Assembly (NCBI GenBank): GCA_026936335.1
Contig: JAPMXV010000009.1
Span: 124,001-188,000, forward strand
Source of the DNA: Mantamonas sphyraenae STR306
Lineage: Eukaryota; Protista; CRuMs
DNA: 64,000 nucleotides
Direction: 5' to 3'
Shown here: in pieces, positions 12,219-24,233 of the stretch
Layout of the letters: each line of letters opens with the position of its first letter
Numbering within the stretch: the first letter of the stretch is position 1
Translations under genes and position numbers: made by a program
Notes under the pieces: model-generated
Told to the model about the DNA's origin: nothing
Seen by the model: the letters and a program-made list of their open reading frames with translations, nothing else
Database searches by the model: none

Positions 12219-13529
12219 ATGAGCGGGTTCTGCAGGTGCTTCACAAATAGGAGCTCCGACGACAAGTACATAAATGCAGATTCGCCCGAGTCGAGTTCCC
12301 CTGAACCGTGGGTTTTATGGAGACACACACACACACACACACACGGGAGGCTGACACAGCTTGAGCGACGGGACGTGCGACGACGATGACGACGACACAC
12401 ACACACACACACACAGAGCACACACGATTGCGGAAGTGACGGAGCAGCCGCTGTGCGAAGAGTTCTTTCGGGAGTTTTTGGAGCAGAATCACAGCGAAGA
12501 CCTGAAACTGCTCGGGTGCACCACGTCGGTGCTGCAGTTCCAACAGGCGGGTCTGATCGACCAGGTGACCATCTCCTACGACATCTACGAACACTTCTTT
12601 CTGCCGTCGTCGCCGTTGTGTATTGCCGATCTGGTGGAGAACGACGTGTGCGAGGAGGTCGAGTCACAGCACAAATTTCCCACCCCCACCCTGTACGATC
12701 CGGTGCTGGCCATCATGCGCGAAAAGCTTGAGGACAGATATCTGCTTGCCTTCCACAACTCTCCACAGTACGAACAGTATCTGAAGGCGTTTGCCACGGA
12801 AGACCGGAGCAAACCCGTTGCTCCGCGAGGAGTCAGCTTCTACGCAAGCCTGCAACCGCCGCTGCGCAGGGGCACACGCACACATCTCAAGGGCACCAGT
12901 CTGCACCAGGACAATATGTCACAACTGTACGTTTGCCAAAGCGCGTATCTGCGTGCCCCCAAACCCATTGCCTTGCGCATGGGCGCTCCAAAACGGTCCA
13001 TTTTCCCCTCCCTCTGCCTCGGGCCCCGACCCCAACCTCCCCGCTGCGAATTCTGCCCGCTGACGACGCCCGCCGCACACAGCCTGGACAACTTTGACGA
13101 TTTCCTGGAGGACCCAGTGCTGTCGGGTCTGCTGATGCGCTTCCTGCGCAATGAATTTAACCAGGAGAACCTTGTGTTCTTCCAGCAGGCGGCGGAGTTT
13201 GAGCAGTGCTTCGACTCGTGGACGCCCGAGAGGCGGAAAGAAGAGGTGGATGCCATTGTCAACGCCTACTTCCGCGACGGGGCGCCGTTCAAACTGAATC
13301 TGGAGCACGAAATGAGCCAGGAGGTGTTGGACGCTGCACAGTCGCCGGATTCGTACTCGGCGAGCATGTTTGCCAAGAGCAAGGCGGAGGCAGGCAAGCT
13401 CCTCTTTTCCGACTCGTTTCCACGCTTCAAACAACACTATCGCCAGCAACCGGCCAAGATGCTGGACGAATTGCACGAGCTCATTCAAGAGGTGGACCTT
13501 GCCAAAGACGAGGAGGAGCACGAAGAAGC

Positions 13530-13562
<33 letters not shown>

Positions 13563-13641
13563 AATGGCCCACAACGACAACGAGGCCGCCAAAGACATCG
13601 ACTCGGGTTCGGGGTCGGGCATTGAAATGCAAAACGTATAA
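12219..13641 (+). CDS. Protein with two RGS domains; predicted exons 12219-12307, 12417-12926, 13083-13641
   Basis: RGS1: FFREFLEQNHSEDL..IYEHFF..SPL..YLLAFHNSPQY. RGS2: LMRFLRNEFNQENLVFFQQA..YFRDGAPFKLNL..DSFPRF. Both introns are phase 2 and consistent. N-terminus MSGFCRCF. Confidence 0.8.
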
Positions 13642-13716
13642 CTTTTTGGGAATGTGGAATGGATTGAGCGTTTGGCACGGTTTGGAAGCCAAAACAAAAC
13701 TTCAAGCTTCAGCTTC

Positions 13717-14085
13717 ATGGTGAGCAGCATCTCTCGTTGGTTGTTGGTGTGGTTGCCGTGCATTGCATGGACTGACAGCAAAGTGCAAATCCATCCCGCC
13801 CCTCTTCTCCGTTGTTCCCTCCAAAAGGGCAATCTGTTGGAGGTGCCTGTGAATCCAAGGGTGGCGGAAGAAGCGACGGTGGCGGAGTATGTCAAAAGCC
13901 GCAGCTACCGTCAACTGGGGGAAGACATCGACAGTGCAAACGCCATGGCGGCCAAGTTTCGAGACGCAGAGGGCCACCAGCTGGTGTTTGAACAACTGCA
14001 CCTGGTCAAGGAGCAGGTGGAGGAAGACAAATCGGAGGAAGGGTTCGAGGTGCTGGGGGAACGCGGCAACAACACAAAAACAGAG

Positions 14086-14118
<33 letters not shown>

Positions 14119-14757
14119 GGGGGCGTCGACTGGTCCAAAGTGGAACCATTTTTCTGGCGTGTGCTTCTGCGTGTGCGCATGAGCAAGGTAAGAGGAAGGA
14201 GGGGAGGTGGGTGGACCAAACGTGTGTGTGCAGAATGAGCCCGAGTTTGCGGCTGACCACACACTCTCACGTGTGCGCACACACAGGCGATTGTCAATGA
14301 GCAAGGAGAGTGCCAAGAGGTGTCCAACCACAAGTTGCTGGACATCCGACAGTTCTACCGCATCCTCATGCAGATGCAGAGTGTGTTTGAGCAGGAAGAG
14401 CAGAGCACGTTGTCGTCGTCCTCCTCCTCCTCCTCCTCCGACAGCGGCGTCTCTGGCCAGCAGGGCGCACAATTGACACGTGCGGGCAGCTTCCTGTCGC
14501 TTCCGGACGACGAGGAGGAAAGCATGTGCATTGTGTGCATGGATGCTGAGCAGGACGTGGTGCTTGCGTGCACACACGCCTTCTGCACCACCTGCATCGA
14601 ACGCTGGAAGACCAGCAACAACACCTGTCCCATGTGTCGCCAACCCATCGACAGTGCCGGCGAATGGGACCTTGTGGCCCATCCCACAAACACAGAAGTC
14701 AGTGATTTCCTCGTGCGCTTCGCCGACGACGTGGGCGGAGGGGGTGCTTCAGGGTGA
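13717..14757 (+). CDS. RNF141: RING finger protein RNF141-like; exons 13717-13719 (ATG only), 13828-14187, 14287-14757
   Basis: Splicing gives MGNLL (myristoylation-type start), LLDIRQFYRI, C3HC4 RING CIVCMD..LACTHAFCTTCI..CPMCR and the tail WDLVAHPTNTEVSDFL, matching the RNF141 layout as recalled. Confidence 0.8.
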
Positions 14758-14842
14758 AGCAGCAGCACGGCCACAACTGCAACAACAACGGTGGCATTGA
14801 GTGCCTGGTTGAGTGAATTCATTCTAGGAATTGTTTTTGTTT

Positions 14843-16180
14843 TCATCCAAACACCATCCTGTCTGCAATGCGAGGCACATCCGGGTTGCGTTGGATGCGT
14901 TCCTCTTCACTCTCCAACCCAGAGTCACGCAGGATGTCCTCTTGCGGTGTGGAGGCCAGAAACTGGGAGCAATCCAGGCTCAGCTGTTCTTGATGTGCCT
15001 TGAGACATGCCAGGGCCTTGGGTTTGGAGTCCAGCGTGCCAATGCACAGCTTGCGTACGTCTTCGCCACACGGCCCTCCTGCAAGCCTCCTCCTGAAACG
15101 CATCACCACAGGACGCACACGCTCGGCACACTGAGGGCTCAGTTCCTCCCGGTGCTGCACGTAGCAGTGGAACGCAGAGATGCTCGTGGCGTCGACCACA
15201 GTGCTGCTGCACAGTCTTTTCATGTCTTGTGTGCATGGGTGGTTCTGCGGGGCGGGAGGGTGAGAGGGGAATTGGGGGAAGGGGGGGGGGATTGGGGGTG
15301 GGGGTGGGTCAGTGGACAAGTTGGACGTTGCGTCGACGCGATGCCACCTCAGCAACCACTGTTCGTTTTCGCACGGTTTTTCACGCAATCTACGCGTGCA
15401 TACTCCCCCCCGTGGCATCTGGTGCGGTGCGTGTGTTTGTGTGTTTGACACTGTAGTGCGTGTGTATGCATCGTAGGAGACTGGGTTGCGTGGTGGATGC
15501 GTGCTGACAAGGCAGGGTCATTTCCCCTCTTCGCAGCGGGTAAACCACGGCCCCCTTCCTTGCACAGGGATCCCCACATGCCAACACCCTGCACCTACCT
15601 TGCGGTCTGTCATTTCCAGGTGCATCATGCACACCTGCGTGAGCTGGCGTTTGCGGTTGATGAGACACTTGCGAATGCGTCCGTTGCCAGGAGGCACCCC
15701 AAGGCAGAAGAACTCGATGTCCGACGCACACGGCGTCTTGCTCAGGTAGCGCTTCGACACCTGCGCAATGTCGTGTTTGGGACGTGCACTCTTCATCTTG
15801 CGCACATCCACAATCACCCTGCCCATGCCCTTGTCTTCTGCCGCCGCCTCCGCCTTCCGTCTCCTGCGGCGACGCTTGCGCTTCAACCCAGCCGTTGTTG
15901 TCGTTGTCGTCGTCGGTGTTGATTCCTCCTTCTTTGTGTCTTTGGTGGTGGTGGTGGTGGTTGTGGCTGACGCTGCCGCTGTGGATGGCTTCTCCTGCTT
16001 GGTGCTCGTGCCCACAGGCTCTTCCAGGTCCTCGTCGCCGAAATCCAGATCCTCGCTGGCCACTTCCAGCTCGTCCGACACTGCAGGTGGTGGCGCCCCT
16101 CCTCCCTCGTATCGTACCTGCGCCCCTGCCGTCCAACCGGCAAGCAGCAGCAGCAGCACAAACGTGGCCATGTGCCTCAT
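14843..16180 (-). CDS. Secreted protein with three GLG1/Cys-rich-FGFR-type repeats; predicted exons 16180-15599, 15418-15404 (15-nt microexon, uncertain), 15244-14843
   Basis: Signal peptide MATFVLLLLLAGWTAGA. Repeats CASDIEFFC..CL..LTQVC, CTQDMKRLC..CY..LSPQC, CGEDVRKLC..CL..LSLDC. Confidence 0.72.
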
Positions 16181-16277
16181 GCCTTGGAGCTTGAGTTGCG
16201 AGGTGGTTGGTGTTGAGAAGGTGTGTCTGCGATGGTGCGCTTCACCAAAATTCATTGTTTTCATCATCATCACGCCA

Positions 16278-19200
16278 TCACGCCAGTCCATACGCCTGCA
16301 GAGCACTCATGAGCACGTACACAAGCCAGAGGGTGACGAGAAAGAGGGCAGAGGCAACCTTGCCCGAGAAGGAGCCGCCGAGCTCGCCGCCCACGTACTT
16401 GCGTCGGTACAGGAGGAGGGCAATGGCGGCAAAGGCACACAGGGTAAACACGGTGACGGAGTAGCTGAGGGAGCCCGCAGGGACGACGTACTTGGTGCCC
16501 TTGGAGGCATGGTAGATGGAGGCAATGAGCCAGGGCAACCCGAGGCCGAGGAAGACGTTGACGCTGTTGCTGCCTGTGACGTTGCCCACGGCGGCGTCTG
16601 CGTCGGGGGCCTCTGTGGCCGCCTGCTTGCTGGCAAAGGTGTCTGGCAACGAGGTGCCCAACGCCACAAAGGTGATGGCGGTGACCGAGTCGAGGAGGCC
16701 CACGGTGCAGCCAAACAGGGAGGCCAGCTCGCCCACCACGGCGGTGACGAGACCGATAAAGGCCAGGGAGACCCAAAAGGTGAGCCAGCCGCCCCAGTAG
16801 TCGGTGGGTGGGATGAGGGCAAAGAAGACCTTCCAGAACATGGTGAGGAAGTGCATGACGTAGTCGACGGAGGACGGGGGCAAATCATGCCCAAACTCGT
16901 CCACCTCACCCTCGATAGTCATGGCGTCGTGGAACTGTTCGGCCCAGCTGGTGCTGGTCATCTTGAAGGCATGCACGCGCTGCTTCATGAGGGCACTCAG
17001 CTTGGTGGCCACCTGGTTGACCCCGTCGTCGTCCAGGATCGTCACCGTGGCCGTGCGCAGCTTCAGCGACAACTTGGCGCCGCCCTTGGGATCGGTGAGG
17101 AACACGTCAAAGGTTTCGTCGTCTTCGTACTCGTCGTCGTCGATGATGGCCACCCGGATGGTCTGCGACGTCTCGCCGTGTTCAAACACAAGCTCGCCCA
17201 CGGTGTCCTCGTAGTCCAGACCCGCCTCAGCCGTGCCATCCTTGGTGAAGTAGCCACAGCGCACCTCGCCGTCGCTGCCCTTGGTGCGCGTGACGGTGAG
17301 CTCCACATACCCGGCACTCTCCAACACCTGGTACGTGGCCTTTTCAAATCCCAACACACCGGGCTCGTCGTCGTCGATGATGGTCACTTCCGTCATGTGC
17401 AGCTTGCTGTGCAGACGTGCGTGCTCGCTGGGGCTGGACAGTTGCACCAGGAACGTCTCGTCCGGCTCGTACTGGTTGTCGTCCACAATCTCGATTTCCA
17501 CCGTTTTCTCCGTTTCCCCCTTGCCAAAGTGCAGCGTGCCCTGCGCAGGCACATAATCGTCGCCCGCCGTGGCCGTGCCATCGATGGTCTTGTAGTTGAC
17601 CGACGCCTCGAACGAGTCCAGGCCACGGCGTTCCACGGTGAGTTCGATGGTGCCACAGTTCTCCAGGCACGAGTAGGTGGGTGCCGCAAACAGAAACTCG
17701 CAGACGCCCTCTTCGGCCAGTCGCGACGAGCTCATGGCACGCACACTCTCCAACTCAATCTGGTTGTTGGCCGTGACTGCCGCTGCGCGTGCTTCGGGCG
17801 AGGCCTTTTCCTGGTCGTTGTCGTCCATGTCGTGTTCGTCCGAGTGCACGCGGGTGGGCAACACACGACGCTTGCCCGACAGTCCACGCACGGCGTTGAC
17901 ACGGTACACCATGCGCGAGGCGCCCTGTTGCGGGTCCGGCATGTTTTCCAGCATGATGCGCTCTGCAATCTCCTCGGCCGTCGGTTCCCGGTCGATGCCG
18001 TTGGCCTTGTTGTGTGCCATCAGTTCGGCCTTGACCCTGCGCATGAGTGCCGTCACGTCCTTCTTGTTGGCCACCAACTCCGTTTCGTGGTTCTCCTTGT
18101 CCCGTGTGGTCGACGTGATGCCCAACACACGGTAGCCCCGCTCCTCCTCCGTCTCTTCCACCTCTTCCAGGTCGTCCAGTTCGGCGTCGTCGATCTCCTT
18201 GCCCTCCAGCGTCTTGGTTTTCTTCTTGCGCGACCGTGCGTCCTGCAAGTACGCAGCCACAAGCAGAATGGGGAAGAAGAGGAACGTCAACACGGCCTCG
18301 CCCACAGTCACCTCGTTCGGCGTCCACAGCTGCAGCACCACAATCATCCAGAAGTAGGCAAACACAGAGCAGAACGCCGTGATCAGAAACACCCCAAACT
18401 GGGAAATGCGACGCAGCTGTCCGTCGGGGATGGCCATCATGCACACCGCCGTGATTGCCAGCAGATTGAATGCAGCCGAGCCCACAATGCTGTGTGTGTG
18501 TGTGTGTGTGTGTGCGATTGTGATTGTGATTGTGATTGGGTTGTGCAAGTGGAAGGAATGTTAGCTGAAGGAAAGCTGATGGAGGAGGAGGAGGAGGAGG
18601 AGGGGGAGGGGTGACACGGGTTGGAATCGAGCCAGCACATCGAGCATCCACACCCACACCATACCCATACCCATACCCATACCCTCCCCACACACTCGTC
18701 TCTTTTGGTGGCTAAAACGTACGTGGACGGTCCAAGCTCGCCTGGGGTGCTGTCGAGCGTCTGGAGGGTTTCGAGGACGGCAAGCATGATCTCGGGTGCG
18801 GAGGAACCGAGTGCCATGAGGGAAAGGTTGGCCACAGTGGGATTCCAAAACTCCACCGTAAGCATCTCCTCTTCGCCCGTCTCACGGTTCTTGCGACGCA
18901 CCGTGCGCGTCTTGCTGGTGATCTTCTCAATGGCTTCCATAAACAGGTCTGACACGATGGCCACACCCAGGAATGCATATCCCTGTGCCATGGTTGGGGT
19001 GTCATGGTGTGTGTGTGTGTGTGTATGCGCGTGTGTGTGTCCATGCGTTTGTGTGTGTGTGTGTGCGACGCTTGTGGGGTCAGTTTTTTGGTCTGCCCTC
19101 GCGCGGTCAAAAACGCGGTTGTGGGTTTGGAGCCCCCAGGTGACGCCGCACCCAGCGTGGACGCAGGTGTGTGGCCACGAAAACAGGCACATGGCCGGGT

Positions 19201-19798
19201 CCACACACACACACACGTGTTGGGTCGGTGCGACAAGGGCGTGTGTGCGTGTGGCGCGTGTGCGGGCCGGCAAAGTGGGTGCAAATCTGGGAGCTGACAA
19301 ACCAACGGGCAAACGCAAGTGGCGGCGCCAACGCTGACGCGGGCGCGTTTTGGCGCCACACGGGGACGGGAGACACACGTACCAGCGACAAAAAGTACAG
19401 AATGCCCAGAAAGGTTTTGTTCCACAGGTTTTGGCCCGGGAACATGAACCACGACTCGCAGCGCTGGCCTTCATAGTATTCAATGATCTTGCCTTGCTCG
19501 CCAAAGTCCTCCACATACTGGACACACGCACGCCACACACGTGCCCACACAACAACCCACGTATCGCACGATGCATCACGCAGCAGTACAGCAGGGTCAT
19601 GTGGCGCACAGGACACGCATGCGTGGGCCAGAGAGAGCACAAACGCGTGCGGGGGGGGGCGGCGGAGTGGAGTGGAGAGAGCCAATGTCAGCGATTGCGT
19701 TTTGCCAGGGCGCAAACGAAAACGCAACAACGCACCGTCTTGCGTTGAGCAAACACAACAAGGACAACCACAGAGACGAGCACAAAGGCCATGCGCAT
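16278..19798 (-). CDS. Na+/Ca2+ exchanger (NCX/SLC8) with two Calx-beta domains; predicted exons 19798-19736, 19517-19383, 18982-18723, 18489-16278
   Basis: Alpha-1 repeat NPTVANLSLMALGSSAPEI..GELGPSTIVGSAAFN, Calx-beta DGTATAGDDY and DGTAEAGLDY, alpha-2 repeat VALGTSLPDTFAS..GNVTGSNSVNVFLGLG. Exon 1 (signal-like) is less certain. Confidence 0.92.
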
Positions 19799-19947
19799 AG
19801 GCACCTGTCTCAGTTTACGTTGCACTCGAGCCCACCGGTTTGCCATCACGTCACGAGGTTGAAGGAATCACTTGAGTGCGCTCGTGGGTGCAGCAAAACC
19901 ACACGGCCTCGACCCGCCCTTTTTTTGCCCCACACCCATTTGTCACC

Positions 19948-20582
19948 ATCAGCTACTTACTGCCTCATCTAGAAAGCGGCTGGCACGTCGACCAGGCCAT
20001 CCTGAGTGAGGAGGACAAGGTGGTGGTCATTCGCTTTGGCCACGATTGGGACCCCGAGTGCATGGTCATGGACGAGGTCCTGTTTGAAATTGCCAACGAC
20101 GTGGCCAACTTTGCCGTCATTTACCTTTGCGACACCACGGAAGTGCCAGACTTTAACCAGATGTACGAGCTGTACGACCCGTGCACCATCATGTTCTTCT
20201 TTCGCAACAAGCACATCCAAATCGACCTCGGTACGTTGTAGGATGGCAGGGGTGCGCTTACTTGCCCAATGCCCTCCGGTATCCATGCATGTGTGTGCAT
20301 GGCATCCCACTGGGGCTCCAGGTTTTCCTGCCTTGGAACGCACAAAACGGAAACCGCGCGCCGTCCGCCTGCACGCTGACGCCCGTCTGGCATGCACACG
20401 CACACCCACCCACCCAATGACACACACACACGCTCACAGGCACGGGAAACAACAACAAGGTCAACTTTGAGATGAACGGCGAGGACCTCATCAACTGCAT
20501 CGAGGCGATTTACCGCGCAGCACGCAAGGGCAAGGGTTTGGCGGTGTCGCCCAAGGACTTTTCCACTCGCTACAAGTACTGA
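19948..20582 (+). CDS. TXNL4A: U5 snRNP thioredoxin-like protein DIM1/TXNL4A; exons 19948-20230, 20440-20582; position-1 codon is ATC
   Basis: SYLLPHLESGWHVDQAILSEEDKVVVIRFGHDWD..VPDFNQMYELYDPCTIMFFFRNKHIQIDLG|TGNNNK..RKGKGLAVSPKDFSTRYKY*. Confidence 0.93.
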
Positions 20583-20659
20583 GGAGAGAGGGAGAGAGAT
20601 CCATATTTCTACATACATGCGAATCGCCACGCGCCATTCACCCTTTAGCCCGTTTGCGA

Positions 20660-23600
20660 TTACAGGAGGAAGATCTCGTCGATGAGCGTCTTGCGGCTGA
20701 GATTGCCCTTGCCCAGCTCCTTGCGGACAAAGGTGAGGAAGCCGTCGACGACGTAGGTGACCATGACGGCAACAAAGGTGTTTTCCTGAGCGTAGTCGAC
20801 GACTGAAAACAGGAGGATGTCAAACAGGAGCAGCTGGTACTCGATGCCGTAGAGGAAAAGCTCGGCAAACTGCATGCCCGACGGGTCCTTGTAGAGGACG
20901 CTGGTGTGGGCGGTGTCCAGATCGCCACTGCTGTTGAAGTACTGCTGCATGAAGCTCTTTTCGCGGATGGTGACGGCGTGGGGCGAGGGCTTGTTCTTTT
21001 CCACAAAGTGAGTCAGGAATCGGGTCAGTTCCCGAGAAGCCTCTGTCAGGCCGCTGGACGGGTTCTTTTTGGCCTTGTTGCGAGCCTCGCGTCCACCGAG
21101 ACGTGTGCTGATGCGTTCGCCAACCTCGCCTGCGCCTGCAGCCTCGCCCATCTCGCGGCGCACCTTTTGGCCGTAGATTTCGTCGTAGTCTGCGCGGAAG
21201 CCAGGCGTGACAAACATCTCAAAGGTTTGCACGTCCTCCTTCTCCAGCAGGCCACGAGAGCCGCTCATGCCGTTGGACTCCTGGCGCAACTGCTCGACGA
21301 TGCCCTCGAGGTTTGTGTCGGCCACGGTGTGCACACTCTTGCCGTGCACGTAGTAGCCGTGGGTGCGGTCGTCCAACACAAACAGGGACACGTTGGCCAG
21401 GGAGCAAAAGTCCACAAACTCCAACACTTCGTTGCCGCGCAGGGGCGTGCGCACGCGCTTCTCCCACACAATCTGCGCCACGGCAATGACCATCCACCAA
21501 AAGGTGGTGATGAAGAAGCGCAGCAGGGCGTTTGTCTGGCCGGGGCTGAGGTCGTTGGCGTCGGGCTGCGAGGTGGCACTGTACACCAGGTTGAGGCCGT
21601 TGAGGAAGAAGAGGAGGGCAAACAGCGTAAACTCGAGATTGACGATGCGCGTGCCCTGCAGCTCGTTGAACTCGTTGGCCACAAAGAGGGTGCGCCAGGC
21701 AGAGACCACCTCCGCCTCGCGGCCACGGTCGTCGTACTTGCGGCGCGGCGATTCCCAGTCCACGAAAAAGATGTCCATGGTGCACTGGCGCCAGAGGAGG
21801 TAGAGCACATGGATGGTTTTGCCCACAAAGGCGAGGGAGAGGATGACGACAAAGCGATCCATGTCGTCGCGGCCGGGGAGCATGACCTGCACGACGCCCT
21901 GGGCCTTGAAGAACAGCCACCAGTAGGCGGTGAGGAGGACCATGAGCCAGAAGAAGCTGTCGGCCACACGGGCCCACAGAAACACCAGGATTTGCACCAT
22001 AAAGTGGCCTCCCACCTCTGCGTTGTTGCTCCTCAGCAGCGCAAACAGCTTCACCAGCCACGACGCCACCGCTGCCACAATCGACAGGATCAGCAGCACC
22101 AGCGCCGTGTTCCAGAACTCGTCCAAGTCCATGGTGTACTCGGCCAGGAAGCGGACCGGCGCACGTGCAAACGTCTGCACCGTGGTGGTGGGGTCGTACG
22201 TGGCCCCAACCGTGGATGAAGAGGAGGATGAGGATGAGGATGAGGATGAGGATGATGATGACGAGGAGGAGGAGGATGTGGTGGACGCCGACTGCGCTGC
22301 GCTGAGGCTGACCTTGGCCGCGTCGCGTTCGCTGTACGTGATTTGGAGGACGGGCGGATAGATGAAGCCCGGCTTGCCCTTTTGCAGGGTGATGGTGAGG
22401 CGCACCTCTTCGGCGTAGCGGAGGACCTGTGTGCTGCCGGCCGGGGTGGATGAGGGCACGCCGGCCAGGTTGTCAAAGAGGAAGAAGCGACGTACGAGCT
22501 GGTCGTCGGCGGCGTTGATGGGCAGTGCGTTCTGGTTCACCGCGGTGGTGCCGTCGCGGTAGTTGGTGATGCGCACGGCAACGGGACGCAGCTCGGTGCC
22601 GTCGAGCAGGTACAGGTCGTAGAACTCCATGGGGCGTGCGTCGCGTGCAATGAGCGTGCTGACGTCGTACAGGCAGCGGTTTTCGTAGGAGAAGCCGACG
22701 CGCAGAAAGTTGGTTTGCTGCGACAGGGTGCCCTCGCACAGCTGCAGTTCCGTGGTCAGGTTGCGCATGCCCAGGTACGTGCCATTGAGAGCATACACAC
22801 CCAACACAAAGGTGAGGCGTGGCACGAGCCCCTGCGACGCATCCTCCGTGTTGAACGTCACCTCCATCTTGATCGCCGTCGACGTCAGCGTGCCCGGCCC
22901 GTTGGCGCCGTAGTACAGCCAGGGCAACGTGGACGGCCATTCACTCTCGTCGTTGACCACGGCACGACGGCTGTTGGCAAGCGAGATGTACAGGGCACAT
23001 GCGGACGAGGTGCGACGGTACATCTGCAACACACACAGGTTGCCCAGCGCCTGACACGCCTCTCGGCTCTTGCGTGCCTGACACTGTGTGGCCACACGCA
23101 GAAACAGCGCCTCAAACGTGGCCGACGTGACTGTGCGCGACGCGGCGGCGCCGTTCTGCGTGTCAATCACGTCGGCGTACGTCACCACCGACGCCGCAGC
23201 CACCGGGTATTGCGAGGCAACCGTGTTGGCTGCCGCACTGGGCACACACGTGGAGCCCGTTTGGGTGAAGCCCGAGTCGCACGTGCACGCACCCGAGGCC
23301 GTGCGGGTCATGTTTGGATGCGGGCACATGGCACACTCGTATGGGTTGCCAGACAGCACCGCACCACCCTTGGGGCAGCTGGCACATGTTTTGAACGTGA
23401 GGTAATTTCCAGCGCCGTCCTTTTCCACTGTGTGGGAGGGGGGGGTGAGTGTGAGAGATTGATTGTGACGAGGGTGATGGGATGGAGGGGGACGGACAAA
23501 CGTACCGACGACCTGGCCTGTGGGACAGGGACACTCGCGGGTGGTTGTGTCTGCTGTGGTATTGCCTGCACACTGCATGCATCGCGATCCGTCGCGTGAG

Positions 23601-24172
23601 GCAGCCAGAGGGGCGCACGGGGAGCAGACGAGATCGCCGGCGGTGGAGAACGAGGCGAGGAAGCCCGTTGCACACTCGCAGCTCAGACCTGTATGTGTGC
23701 AGGACATCAGTTTCCCCGCCCCCCCAAATGGACAACACAAGAGGAGTATGGTTGCAGCACAGGGGCCAATCACACCGTGGTGTCAGTGAATGTCTGTGTT
23801 GCGTGTGTGTGTGCAAAGGCGCGGGAAAATCCGCGAATGGCGCGCGCCAAAAAAACGGTTTGAGGACAACGGGGGGCGGCAGGAAGGTAAGGCCAGGGTG
23901 ACACGAATGGGTGGGTGGGAGGTGGGTGGGGAGGAAGAAGGGCGGGGGGTTGGTGGAGGGGGAAGGTTCAACTTGCCTGTGGCGTCGGGCCGTTGGTTGG
24001 AGGGGCAGGCGACGCAGGAGAGCGAGGAGACATCAAAGTACTGCTCGGCAAAGGCACAGGAGGTGGAGGGATTGTAGGACAGCGGAGCTGCGTGGCCAGA
24101 GTGGATGACCAGGAGGAAACACAGGAGCGCCAGGAACAAGAGGAGGCGCTGGGGAGCGGGAGGGGTGGCCAT
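20660..24172 (-). CDS. TMEM67: Meckelin (TMEM67/MKS3), ciliary transition-zone protein; exons 24172-23977, 23688-23506, 23427-20660
   Basis: Signal peptide, Cys-rich region (QYFDVSSLSC), ACQALGNLCVL, LVRRFFLFD, QCTMDIFFVDWE, SAWRTLFVANEFNELQ, FVDFCSLANVS, GYYVHGKSVH, NLSRKTLIDEIFLL. Confidence 0.95.
23689..23976 (-). other. Predicted GC-AG intron (TMEM67 intron 1)
   Basis: Donor ACAG|GCAAGT, acceptor ATACAG|GT. The phase-1 join gives PDAT-G-LSCEC. Confidence 0.8.
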
Positions 24173-24233
24173 TTCGGTTGGTGGGGGTTGGGCCGGGGTG
24201 CGGCAACGCGGGCAACAGATGTTGGTGGACGAA

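Noticed and set aside
23821-23851. E2F-like motifs in introns (also at 19349 and ~48192)
   Set aside because: Degenerate 8-mers are expected several times by chance in 64 kb of GC-rich DNA.
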